From Deltaproteobacteria bacterium (GTDB lineage Bacteria > JAMCPX01), in assembly GCA_023382265.1 (NCBI GenBank), contig JAMCPX010000008.1, positions 84,274-148,273 on the forward strand: a DNA stretch of 64,000 nucleotides, read 5' to 3'. The translations under genes and the position numbers were made by a program. Shown here piece by piece: positions 27,137 through 36,946 of this stretch. The notes below the pieces were generated by a model. It searched no databases. It saw only the letters and a program-made list of their open reading frames with translations, and was not told the DNA's origin. Numbering within the stretch: the first letter of the stretch is position 1; each line of letters starts with the position of its first letter.

Positions 27137-29917
27137 CTATTTCTTAACAACCTTGGATAGGCAAGATTTCTTATGCAGTTTTTTGCAGCATATTGGAACA
27201 GCAAGAAAGAGCAGCAGGAAGAGTGCATCCCATGGATCATAGTTCTGAGTATAAGATATACTACAAGAAAAGCCCCTGTCAGGATAGAGCTTGCCTTGAA
27301 CAGGGTTTCTAAATACACCGCCCGAGATCACAAGTGCATAAGGTTGATCATTAAGCGGAGTCATGCCTTTTGGTATATTGTAGCCTTTCACTATAGCTTT
27401 ATATATGCCAACCTGCGGATGCGCAATTTCTATTTGTTGTATATTGTTTGTGTGATCGGGTTGATTAAGGCCATTTGGATAATAAATCCGGCTATCAGGT
27501 GATGCAATGGTAACATCCAATTGATTAACAATATCTCTGCTGCTTCCAGGAGAAGCAGGATAATCGCTCCATACAAGTGTCGTAATAAGGGGATCACCGT
27601 TAAGCACCTCAAATTGAAGTACTCGGTGTGCCCCTGTTGCTAAACCATTACCTTCTTTATAGTCGAATACGTGTATATGCCAGTTTTGTGAAGGTATTAA
27701 AAGTCTTGTTAGATCAATCCTTCCCCAGCCTTCAATATTGTTTGGCCTATACGGAACTTCAAGGTATTTGCCTGTTCCGTACTGCCCCGGATAAATATCC
27801 TTTGCAGTGTTTATCATCACGGCCTTAACAAGTGCGGCAGAAGGGGATGCATACCCGTTTTTTAATAACCACTGTCTTACAATGGCAGCACTACCAGCTG
27901 CAACCGGAGTTGCCATACTTGTTCCACCAAGAAACATGTACCTTTGATCCTCTAATGTTGTAGAGGATATACCCCAGAATGATTGCGAGCCCCAGCCACC
28001 TGTAACCGTATCGATTGATATATCATCAATCATAACATAATCAGATTTATTGCCGGAATCGGACACAGTAAGTCTTAACCCAAACCCATTAAGATTATCT
28101 GAGCCTGTATCGGTAAAATATGATAAAATGGGGTAGCTTGCATTATACCATCCTGCTGTTGATGTAAAAGTATCAAGGAGAATCCATGCACTCCGTGAAG
28201 GATCAAAGACCTCAAAACTCAATACCCCGGATAAAAGCCTTGTATTAACATAAAAATTAAGTTGTGCATGATGTGTTATGCTTGCAATGGAAAGTGATGT
28301 AAAAAACTGTGCATAAGATAAAACGGGAGATGTCATTGAGGTGATACCCAGCGCATAAGTGCTTTTATACCCATTAGGATAAATCATAAATCCTTGAACT
28401 GTACCTGTTATTGAAAATCCCTGAAGTCCGTTTTCAAAATCATCGGTATAGAAAATAGATTGAGACTTTGCCGACAGGATAAAAGTTCCAGGTGCTACAA
28501 GATCGGGTTTTATTCTGCCGTCATTAGCAGGACCCCTGCTTGAAAATGCCGCCATTCCATCCGGATTGTTGGCAAGCAAATCAGTGCTTATCGGCGGGAC
28601 AGGAAAACTATTGGGCCATGCAATGCCGTATGTTAAAGGTATGGAAGGCCTGAAGCTCTCCGTCGCACCAATGGTAAGACAATCCTTTGCCAGTGCAGGT
28701 GAAGAAATGCTTGATAGATCCACCACGCCGTCATTGTCAGCATCCGTTCCGTCATTGCCGGATGCAAATAAAATTAGCATGTCGGGGTGTTCCCATATAA
28801 ATTTATCAAGACTCCATGCAAGAATATCATAGGATATGATATTGGAGGTGCCCCAGCTGTCGCTGTGTATACGTGGTGCGAGAGTGTCGTTGTATGCCTG
28901 ATTAAATAAATTACCGATTACTGCAGGAATACCGTTAAAAATTCCCTGCCTATTCATTACATCTTGAAAAACAAGTTTATTGACTCCGTATGCGATCCCG
29001 TTATGGGAGATTCCAGCAAAGGGTGTTTGCTGATCATAACCGAGTATAGTATCAGCTACGTGTGTTCCATGCCCTACATCATCCTGGAAACTACCCGTAT
29101 CGGGATAACCATCTGCATATATGCTTACTTCTTTATTTAAAAACGCGGGATGAAAGTCTGTACCTGTTATATAACCGTAAAATCTATTATCCGCAGAATC
29201 ATAATTTAAGCCCGCATTACCCGTATCAAGACCGGTATCAGCTATTGCAACCGCCTGACCCGCGCCGTTATAACCGTTGATGTTTTGCTGTATAACGTCT
29301 GTAGAGAGTCTTACACCGGCAATCCATGATGCTACATCGTTAAACAATACAAAATGCGGATACGGTTGAATCCATCTAATATCGTTTGATCCTGCAAGGC
29401 TTATTATCTCATTACGTGTTAGTTTTGCATGTATAATACTATTATTTTTAGAGTGTTCAGTACTAATTACTGTCCCGCCTTCAATCATAATATCATTTAC
29501 GAGCTTCTCTCCCGATATTTGAGGGAAGCCAAGTATAAGCACATTGTAAGGAGTAGAAATATCATGGATGCGCATCATTGCAGATAATGTTGATTCGATT
29601 TTATATGGAGGTAAATATTGCCATACTCCTGTTAACCGGTTTTTTATAGAATTTAAAGTTTCCCTATTAGCTAACACCAAAAAGCTGTTTTCAGGAATAT
29701 AACCTGCAATGATATTACCGTTCTGCTTTAGAATGGTAATATCATTAGCGTATACGTGATCTTTAAATTGAATAATATACGGTTGCTTTTGATCAGACAG
29801 TGTAACATAATTTTTGTAATTCACAAGATATTTGTTGAATATAACCGGCTTTGCTTCAGCCCCGCAGCCTGTAAGGAGAAATGAAAACAAAAACCATAAA
29901 CCTACACGTATTAACAT
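27137..29917 (-). CDS. Subtilisin-like serine protease (peptidase S8) lipoprotein with large C-terminal extension and C-terminal hydrophobic/basic tail
   Basis: Has a lipoprotein signal (LLTGC), the catalytic regions DTG.., HGTHVADTILG and GTSMATPVAAG, about 450 aa of downstream beta-rich domains, and a C-terminus ...ALFLLLFLAVPICCKKLHKKSCLSKVVKK. Confidence 0.85.
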   Translation of the reverse strand: MLIRVGLWFLFSFLLTGCGAEAKPVIFNKYLVNYKNYVTLSDQKQPYIIQFKDHVYANDITILKQNGNIIAGYIPENSFLVLANRETLNSIKNRLTGVWQYLPPYKIESTLSAMMRIHDISTPYNVLILGFPQISGEKLVNDIMIEGGTVISTEHSKNNSIIHAKLTRNEIISLAGSNDIRWIQPYPHFVLFNDVASWIAGVRLSTDVIQQNINGYNGAGQAVAIADTGLDTGNAGLNYDSADNRFYGYITGTDFHPAFLNKEVSIYADGYPDTGSFQDDVGHGTHVADTILGYDQQTPFAGISHNGIAYGVNKLVFQDVMNRQGIFNGIPAVIGNLFNQAYNDTLAPRIHSDSWGTSNIISYDILAWSLDKFIWEHPDMLILFASGNDGTDADNDGVVDLSSISSPALAKDCLTIGATESFRPSIPLTYGIAWPNSFPVPPISTDLLANNPDGMAAFSSRGPANDGRIKPDLVAPGTFILSAKSQSIFYTDDFENGLQGFSITGTVQGFMIYPNGYKSTYALGITSMTSPVLSYAQFFTSLSIASITHHAQLNFYVNTRLLSGVLSFEVFDPSRSAWILLDTFTSTAGWYNASYPILSYFTDTGSDNLNGFGLRLTVSDSGNKSDYVMIDDISIDTVTGGWGSQSFWGISSTTLEDQRYMFLGGTSMATPVAAGSAAIVRQWLLKNGYASPSAALVKAVMINTAKDIYPGQYGTGKYLEVPYRPNNIEGWGRIDLTRLLIPSQNWHIHVFDYKEGNGLATGAHRVLQFEVLNGDPLITTLVWSDYPASPGSSRDIVNQLDVTIASPDSRIYYPNGLNQPDHTNNIQQIEIAHPQVGIYKAIVKGYNIPKGMTPLNDQPYALVISGGVFRNPVQGKLYPDRGFSCSISYTQNYDPWDALFLLLFLAVPICCKKLHKKSCLSKVVKK

Positions 29918-29935
29918 GCTGCCAGGTATATCATT

Positions 29936-30652
29936 TTATTCTATTACATCAATAATGATTACCGTAATATTGTCGTCCCCGCCGTTTGCATTTGCAACAT
30001 CTATCAATGTGCTTGCTGCATGATAGATATCGGGCATACTTACAAGTTCTGATATTATATCATCTTTTACCATGTGAGTTAAACCGTCGCTGCAAAGTAT
30101 AAATCTGTTCCCTGGATGTATAACTATTTTTTGTGAATCCACTTTCACATATTCTGAGAACCCAATGGATCTTGTAAGAACATTGCGCATCGTGTGAGTT
30201 CCCATTTGCTCATAAGAGATAAAACCGTTTCTGAACTGTTCATTTACATACGTATGATCCTCTGTAAGCTGAACAAGTTTGCCTTCCGAAAGTAAATAAG
30301 CCCTTGAATCCCCGACATGACACAGTGTTGCACTGGCATTTTTTATGAGCATTGAGGTAACCGTTGTTCCCATGCCGGAATACTGAGTATTTCGCTTTGC
30401 CTGTTTAAAGATGTTGCCATTGGCAATATATATGGCATCACTTAAAGATGACTCGTTTAAAACTTCTTGCTTTATTATGTGTTCTTTAATGCTTTTTACC
30501 GCGATATTACTTGCCACTTCACCTGCGTTATGTCCCCCCATACCGTCTGCTACAATATAAAGTCCGATAGTATCGTCATGATAAAAGCTATCCTCGTTGC
30601 CAGTCCTTTTCATACCGACGCTAGTTTTACCGTGGGATGCCAGCTTCATCAA
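29936..30652 (-). CDS. PP2C-family Ser/Thr protein phosphatase (Stp-like)
   Basis: Has GMKRTGNEDSF, VADGMGGHNAGEVAS and DGLT/DD metal-binding motifs. Confidence 0.85.
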   Translation of the reverse strand: MMKLASHGKTSVGMKRTGNEDSFYHDDTIGLYIVADGMGGHNAGEVASNIAVKSIKEHIIKQEVLNESSLSDAIYIANGNIFKQAKRNTQYSGMGTTVTSMLIKNASATLCHVGDSRAYLLSEGKLVQLTEDHTYVNEQFRNGFISYEQMGTHTMRNVLTRSIGFSEYVKVDSQKIVIHPGNRFILCSDGLTHMVKDDIISELVSMPDIYHAASTLIDVANANGGDDNITVIIIDVIE

Positions 30653-31998
30653 TTACTTCCTGCTATTTTTAGTTTTTTAACAAGTACGGATGGCGTGTAT
30701 ATGTTGCCATAAAATACAGGGGAAGGACCAAGTAATTCTATACTATTAAAAAGATCAAAAATGTTTCCCGCTACGGTTATATCCTTGAGCCCGGATGCAA
30801 ACCTGCCTGATTTGATCAGGTGTCCCCTTGCACCCAGAGAGAATTCACCCGTTACAGGATTTGCAGTATGAAGTCCCATCAGCTCGGTTATAACGGGTCC
30901 GCTGTCTAAAATCTTTTCTAAATCCCGATTAGCCTTTTTCTCGGAGTTAAGCATGATATTTGTTGTCCCGATTACCGGCGGCTGTGATATGGCATACCTT
31001 ACGGTATTTCCTGTAGAAACGGTATTCATAAGATTTGCATAATATGTATCATAAAGAAATGTTTTTACAACTCCTTGTTCTACGAGTAATTTTTTCTTTG
31101 TATCTGCACCCTCTCCATCAAAAGGCACGGAACCGGTGCCGTGCTGTAATGCAGGATCATCTACCATGTTCAAATGCTCCGGGAATACCTGCTGATTTAA
31201 TTTACTTATAAGGCTGCTTGTCTTTTTGTAAACAGCGTCTCCAAGAAATGATCTTGAAAGCACGCTAATAAACTGGGACGTTACATAAGGGCTAAGGATC
31301 GTATCATAAAATCCCGTTAATAGCTGTATACCCCCAAGTGTGTATACGGCATTTGTTGAGCAGCGGCCTCCGATCAATGCAGGGTTTAGTTCTGAGAATG
31401 TATTTGCACTCTGAAAATCCCAGTTCATCTGTGATTCGTCTCCATCCTTTGCGTATACGGAAAGGCTTATCCCGAACCTTGTGATTTTTGCCCGCCTGCT
31501 TATACCGGCAGAATTGATAATACTTATAGTTTCGACAGCCTCTTCATAAGAGGGTTTTTCTACCTTTACTATGCGTTTATCGATATGGGCTGAGTCGATC
31601 ATGTTTCTAATAAGTCCAAGCCTTGCGTCCGGAGAAATGTTATTTACAGCTTTATCGTAAAATGTACAATTCTCTTCCAATATGGTTTTGTCCTGTAAAA
31701 AAGAAAATTTTTGTTTTTCAAGTATGCTTCCTGTATAAACAGCCCTTTTTAATGCCTCTTCTATTGCGGCCTGGGAGAAATCAAAACTGAATGCAAACCC
31801 AAGCCTCTGATCCCTTAATGTTCTTAATGCAATACCATTCTCGTCAACGGTGTGCAGCCTTTCTATGGATTTATCATCCTCAAGTGAGATGGTCAGTTTT
31901 TTTGTATCCTGGATGTATGCCTCGTATCCATCAAGAGCCTGTTCTTTTGCAAGCCTTGATAATAAGGCTGACATGCTTTCAATATTATTTTTTTTCAT
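30649..31998 (-). CDS. TldD/PmbA-family metallopeptidase
   Basis: Is about 450 aa with the PmbA/TldD fold signature and a C-terminal GxC-containing region. Its stop overlaps the PP2C start. Confidence 0.85.
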   Translation of the reverse strand: MKKNNIESMSALLSRLAKEQALDGYEAYIQDTKKLTISLEDDKSIERLHTVDENGIALRTLRDQRLGFAFSFDFSQAAIEEALKRAVYTGSILEKQKFSFLQDKTILEENCTFYDKAVNNISPDARLGLIRNMIDSAHIDKRIVKVEKPSYEEAVETISIINSAGISRRAKITRFGISLSVYAKDGDESQMNWDFQSANTFSELNPALIGGRCSTNAVYTLGGIQLLTGFYDTILSPYVTSQFISVLSRSFLGDAVYKKTSSLISKLNQQVFPEHLNMVDDPALQHGTGSVPFDGEGADTKKKLLVEQGVVKTFLYDTYYANLMNTVSTGNTVRYAISQPPVIGTTNIMLNSEKKANRDLEKILDSGPVITELMGLHTANPVTGEFSLGARGHLIKSGRFASGLKDITVAGNIFDLFNSIELLGPSPVFYGNIYTPSVLVKKLKIAGSN

Positions 31999-32442
31999 TG
32001 GTTAACTCTAATATAAGTGCGATTTCATTGCAATCGGGAAACTGCGGACACTTGAGGCAATCACTCCATATCTTTTGAGGTAACAATGATTTATCAACAA
32101 TTCTGAATCCAAGTTTTTCAAAGAATTCAGGTTTATAGGTGAGCGCAAATACCTGGTTTATATCGTAATCCTTTGCTTCTTCTATGGATGATATGGAGAG
32201 CTCAGAGCCTATGCCTTTTCTTGCATACTCGGGCCTTACCGCAAGGGATCGTATCTCTGCGAGTCCGTCCCAGAAAATATGAAGTGCGCATACTGCGATG
32301 ATCTCATCCGTTTCAATCGTATATACATTATAATCGCGGATGTTTTCATATATCTCCAGCAGAGACCTCTGAAGCATTTCACCCTTTTTTGCATAAACTT
32401 CTATTATTCTCTGTATCTCTTTGGCATCACGAAGCCTTGCCT
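31985..32442 (-). CDS. GNAT-family N-acetyltransferase
   Basis: Has an acetyl-CoA-binding motif (RPEYARKGIGSEL). The start was reassigned to TTG at 32442, which follows AAAGGAG, because the ORF-track ATG at 32596 would overlap 49 codons of recN. Confidence 0.65.
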
Positions 32443-32448
32443 TCCTTA

Positions 32449-34149
32449 TCAAGTTTGCTCCTTTATATGTTTTAAAAACTCTTTTGCCTGATTCCTTGAC
32501 AGATCCGTTATCTTTGTTCCTGACAGCATTCTTGCAATCTCTTCTATCCTTTCGTTTTCTGCAAGAACTTTTGCAGCAACTTCCGTGCTCCCGCAAGCGG
32601 CATGCTTCTGAATATTTATATGGAAATCACCGAAACCTGCTATTTGGTAGAGGTGCGTGATACAGATCACCTGATGATATTTTGAAAGCTCTTTTAATTT
32701 TTTACCGACCACCTCTGCAATGCTTCCTCCTATGCCCGTATCAATCTCATCGAATACAAGCACCGGAACTTTTGAAGCGTTTGCAAGCACCCTTTTTATA
32801 GCAAGCATAGCCCTTGAAAGTTCTCCCCCTGATATGATCTCCGTTAAAAGTTTTAGTGCAAATCCGGGGTTTGCGGAGAAATAAAACCTCACAAGATCTG
32901 TACCGGTTGCCGTTATACGCCTGTCATTTATACTTATGGCATCTTTTACATCCGTGTTCTGTATGTTAATTTCAAATTTAGCATTCTTAATACCAAGAGT
33001 TATCAACTCTTTTTCAATCTTCTTGCTCAACTCTTTTGAAACCGATTTTCTTCCATCCGAGAGTTCCATAGACTTTTTGTAAATCTGCTCTTTCATATTT
33101 ATTATATCCTGCTTTAAGCTGCTGATATACTCATCATTATGTTCGAGTTTATTAAGCTTCGTGTACATATTACCCGCATAATCCAATATGCCCTGAATAG
33201 TGTTTCCGTATTTCTTTTTAAGATTATCTATTAAAGATAGTCTCTGTTCAACATCGGCATGTCTTTGCTCATTAATCTCGACCTTTGACATATAGCTGTT
33301 TATGTCCTGCGCTATATCTTTTAATTCTGCTGCTACCGGTTCAAGCCTGATAAAAAATTCATTTAATACGGGATCAATAGATTTAATAGCTCCGATAGCT
33401 TTTATTGCCCTTACAATAATACCATGTGCCCCTGTCTCATCGTCATATATGAAATTATAAACAATGTTTAGCTCTGTTAGTATTTGTTGTGCATTTGTAA
33501 GCAGCTTATATTCATGCTCAAGCTCTTTATCTTCTCCTAATTTAAGCTTTGCCGAGTTGATCTCGGAAAACTGAAATCTCATTAATTCTTCCTGCCTTTT
33601 TACGTTATCGATATCCTGAATTAGCCTGTCATAATCATGCATTGCCGTTATCAAAGATGTGTAAAGATTTTTTACCTCGAAGGCTTTTTGTTCAAGACCC
33701 GCGTAAGCATCAAGAAGTGATACATGGTTCGCTTCATCAAGCAGGCTTTGATGCTCGTGCTGGCTATGAATATCAACAAGTAGTTTTGACAATTCCGCAA
33801 GTGTGGATAAAGTTGAGGCCGTGCCGTTTACATAAGCCCTGCTTCTGCCATGCGATGTTATTACCCTTTTTATCACAAGCTCAGAGCTTGATTCAAAACC
33901 ATGTAATTCGAGAAACGACCGGATTTCTTTATTATCTTCAATATTAAATAGTCCTTCTACGATTGCTTCCGGCACGCCATCTCTTACAATAGTTTCATCC
34001 GTTCTCCCGCCAAGAAGAGCGAGCATTCCGTCAACCATGATGGATTTGCCTGCACCCGTTTCCCCGCTGATTATGCAGAATTGTCCATCAAAAGGTATCG
34101 TAACATCACTGAAAACAGCAAGGTTCTTAAGTCTTAGAGACTTAAGCAT
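32449..34149 (-). CDS. recN: DNA repair protein RecN
   Basis: Has a Walker A (GETGAGKS), long coiled coils, a C-terminal Walker B/signature and is 566 aa. Confidence 0.95.
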   Translation of the reverse strand: MLKSLRLKNLAVFSDVTIPFDGQFCIISGETGAGKSIMVDGMLALLGGRTDETIVRDGVPEAIVEGLFNIEDNKEIRSFLELHGFESSSELVIKRVITSHGRSRAYVNGTASTLSTLAELSKLLVDIHSQHEHQSLLDEANHVSLLDAYAGLEQKAFEVKNLYTSLITAMHDYDRLIQDIDNVKRQEELMRFQFSEINSAKLKLGEDKELEHEYKLLTNAQQILTELNIVYNFIYDDETGAHGIIVRAIKAIGAIKSIDPVLNEFFIRLEPVAAELKDIAQDINSYMSKVEINEQRHADVEQRLSLIDNLKKKYGNTIQGILDYAGNMYTKLNKLEHNDEYISSLKQDIINMKEQIYKKSMELSDGRKSVSKELSKKIEKELITLGIKNAKFEINIQNTDVKDAISINDRRITATGTDLVRFYFSANPGFALKLLTEIISGGELSRAMLAIKRVLANASKVPVLVFDEIDTGIGGSIAEVVGKKLKELSKYHQVICITHLYQIAGFGDFHINIQKHAACGSTEVAAKVLAENERIEEIARMLSGTKITDLSRNQAKEFLKHIKEQT

Positions 34150-34150
34150 T

Positions 34151-35041
34151 CTACCGTTCTCCCCATTTAAGTTTTTCTCTCAATATGTCGAAATAGCTTC
34201 TGTATTGAGACTTTATCAGAGTGACATAATGGGCTGATTTTTTTATTACCAATTTATGCGACTTTTTGAATGCACCCGACACCTGGCCGTCAAGTGTTAC
34301 AACTACATCCGTGTCATCCGTATCGAGTTCTATCTCTACTATTGAATCTGCAGAAAGAATAATGGGTCTGTTTGTAAGCGTATGCGGGGCTATCGGCGTT
34401 ATAATAATGCTGTCCATTGTTGGATAAACGATCGGTCCTCCCGCTGCCATTGAGTAAGCAGTTGAACCTGTTGGCGTAGATATGATAAGTCCGTCCGCAC
34501 GATATTTTGTTACATACCTGTTATCCACATTAATTTTGAGAGATACGATCCTTGCTATTGTGCTTTTTGTTATAACAGCATCATTGAGGACATAGTAGCT
34601 CATGACTTCTTTATCCTGCTCAACCACCCTTGCTGAGAGCCTCATACGTTTTTCGTACTCAGCCCTGCCCGACATAACGAGCTCTGTCGCACGATAAAGC
34701 TCATTCATTGTAATCTCTGTTAAAAATCCAAGACTTCCTATATTTACCCCTATAATCGGGATGTCCTGTGCTCCCATAAGTCTTATTGCAAGCAAAAATG
34801 TTCCGTCTCCGCCAAAGACCACAATGTTATCTGTGCCGGGAGGAATTCTGTTCTTGAAAGTCGGTATCCGGGTATTTATAGCCTGAGCCATGCTTTCCTC
34901 TATCACTATATCTATGCCAGTGTTGATCAGATAGTTTATATATTTCTCTATCTCATTATAAATGGCTACCGGTTTTTTACTTTTTATAATAATAGCAAAC
35001 TTCATATTTACCTTTTTACTTAATGCATTTTCTGATAACAT
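34151..35041 (-). CDS. nadK: NAD+ kinase
   Basis: Has the GGDGT motif and is 296 aa. It sits directly upstream of recN, the conserved nadK-recN arrangement. Confidence 0.9.
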   Translation of the reverse strand: MLSENALSKKVNMKFAIIIKSKKPVAIYNEIEKYINYLINTGIDIVIEESMAQAINTRIPTFKNRIPPGTDNIVVFGGDGTFLLAIRLMGAQDIPIIGVNIGSLGFLTEITMNELYRATELVMSGRAEYEKRMRLSARVVEQDKEVMSYYVLNDAVITKSTIARIVSLKINVDNRYVTKYRADGLIISTPTGSTAYSMAAGGPIVYPTMDSIIITPIAPHTLTNRPIILSADSIVEIELDTDDTDVVVTLDGQVSGAFKKSHKLVIKKSAHYVTLIKSQYRSYFDILREKLKWGER

Positions 35042-35066
35042 AAATCAAGCTTAATTTTAACTAAAT

Positions 35067-36344
35067 ATGATAACACAACCTCTTGCCAATAGGTTAAGGC
35101 CCAAAACTCTTGATGAACTGGTTGGTCAGGAACAAGTTCTTGGCCCAGGTAAACCCCTGCGTCAGACCCTTGATGCAGGGATATTACCTTCAATGATTGT
35201 CTGGGGGCCGCCCGGCTCAGGGAAAACATCTTTTATAAAGATCATAACATCCAGAAATGTCTATGAAACGATCTACATGACTGCCGTATCTATCGGCACA
35301 AAAGAAATAAATAGTGTCCTTAAAGAAACAAAGGCTTTGAATTTATCAAACAAAAGGCTTGTGCTTGTGATTGATGAGCTTCAGCATCTCAACAGATCCC
35401 AGCAGGAGCTCTTACTTCCTTACGTTGAAGACGGCAGTATTATATTCATTGGAATATCAACAGAAAACCCCTCTTTTGCACTGAACCGGGCTTTATTATC
35501 GAGAACGACGATCGTTATTTTTGCCCCTCTGCATGAGCAGGCACTTGGAAGTATTATTACACGTGCAATAAAAGATTTTGAAGGTATTGAGATCAGGATA
35601 GAGAATGATGCAATGGATTACATTGTTATAAGAAGCAATGGAGATGGAAGAAAAGCACTAAATGCAATTGAACTGCTTTCCGGCATTGCAATAAAGAAAC
35701 CAGATAGAACAATAACCGTGGATGATGCAAAAAAACTTTCAGATGTATATTCATTGCCTTACGATCGAAAAGAGGACGAACATTATCATACAATATCTGC
35801 GTTTATAAAAAGCATGCGTGGCTCTGATCCGGATGCTGCTGTTTACTATCTTGCGAGAATGATAGAATCCGGAGAGGATCCGAGATTTATCTTAAGAAGG
35901 ATGATCATTTTTGCATCAGAGGATATTGGCAATGCAGATCCACTAGCTCTAACAATTGCGGTATCTGCATTCCAGGCATTTGAGATTGTAGGTATGCCCG
36001 AAGGATTTATACCAACAGCCCACGCAGTAATATACCTTGCCGGCTCCCCGAAAAGCAATTCAACTTATAAGGCTTACATCAATGCAAAGGCCTCTATTAA
36101 AGAGCAAGGGTATGTTAAAATCCCAAAACATCTTATCAACCCCGTAAACGCGTTTGGTAGAGAACAGGGCTATGGAGATGGATACAAATATCCGCATGAC
36201 TATGAAGGTGGATACGTGGAAGAACAGTATTTGCCGGATAAGCTTGTTGGTAATCATTTCTACATTCCAAAAGATATTGGTTTTGAAAAGATTATTAAGG
36301 CTCATCTTGAAAGGATAAAAAAGAGCAATAATAAACCGAAATAA
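35067..36344 (+). CDS. rarA: Replication-associated recombination protein A (AAA+ ATPase RarA/MgsA)
   Basis: Has Walker A GPPGSGKTS, Walker B LVIDELQ and the C-terminal MgsA domain. Confidence 0.9.
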   Translation: MITQPLANRLRPKTLDELVGQEQVLGPGKPLRQTLDAGILPSMIVWGPPGSGKTSFIKIITSRNVYETIYMTAVSIGTKEINSVLKETKALNLSNKRLVLVIDELQHLNRSQQELLLPYVEDGSIIFIGISTENPSFALNRALLSRTTIVIFAPLHEQALGSIITRAIKDFEGIEIRIENDAMDYIVIRSNGDGRKALNAIELLSGIAIKKPDRTITVDDAKKLSDVYSLPYDRKEDEHYHTISAFIKSMRGSDPDAAVYYLARMIESGEDPRFILRRMIIFASEDIGNADPLALTIAVSAFQAFEIVGMPEGFIPTAHAVIYLAGSPKSNSTYKAYINAKASIKEQGYVKIPKHLINPVNAFGREQGYGDGYKYPHDYEGGYVEEQYLPDKLVGNHFYIPKDIGFEKIIKAHLERIKKSNNKPK

Positions 36345-36397
36345 AGCAGCGGCTGAGGCTGATTTTAGACCGGCGGCCGATTCTCGACCCGTACCCA

Positions 36398-36913
36398 TTA
36401 TTTGGGTAGATAGTTATGAAAGTTGGAGAAAAAACCCAAAAATAAATCTTTATATTCTCTGAATATCCATACTAATACAGGAGTGATAATTATCGTGCTT
36501 ATAAGACTATAAAACACCATACGTCTTTTATTAGCACCAAGTGCCTGGAAAGCAAGTACGGTGGCAAACGTCCCTATTAGAAACGGGCCTATCACAACGG
36601 CGTAAAAAAGCCCTTTACCAGTTACAAATTTCGTAAGGGTCTTCCCCCTTTTCTTGTCAATGTATGTCTTTATTCGCGGGACACTCTCAAGCCTGTTGAT
36701 CAGAAAAACCATTATAACCGCCACTAAAAAATTAGCCAGACCGACTACGACCGTTAACCAAACCGCAGGCAACCCAAACCCAATACCAAGCGGTATTGAG
36801 ACCCCTCTGCCTGTAAGGGGATTAATCGTGGTAAAAACAACTGTCATCCATTTATCAAATATACTCATACTATGAGAAAATAAGTATAAATATGAAATTT
36901 GCAATCGTACCAA
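36398..36913 (-). CDS. Membrane protein (COG2426-like putative small multidrug export protein)
   Basis: Has four predicted TM helices and is about 150-170 aa. An internal Met (MSIFDKW) may be the true start. Confidence 0.5.
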   Translation of the reverse strand: MVRLQISYLYLFSHSMSIFDKWMTVVFTTINPLTGRGVSIPLGIGFGLPAVWLTVVVGLANFLVAVIMVFLINRLESVPRIKTYIDKKRGKTLTKFVTGKGLFYAVVIGPFLIGTFATVLAFQALGANKRRMVFYSLISTIIITPVLVWIFREYKDLFLGFFSNFHNYLPK

Positions 36914-36946
36914 TATCCTATGTCTGTTTTATGCGTACAAATTTGA

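Noticed and set aside
32443-32596. N-terminal extension of the GNAT ORF (MREHGSCCKSSCRKRKDRRDCKN...)
   Set aside because: It overlaps 49 codons of recN and is highly basic and Cys-rich (antisense-like). A TTG start with an RBS at 32442 gives a compact GNAT.
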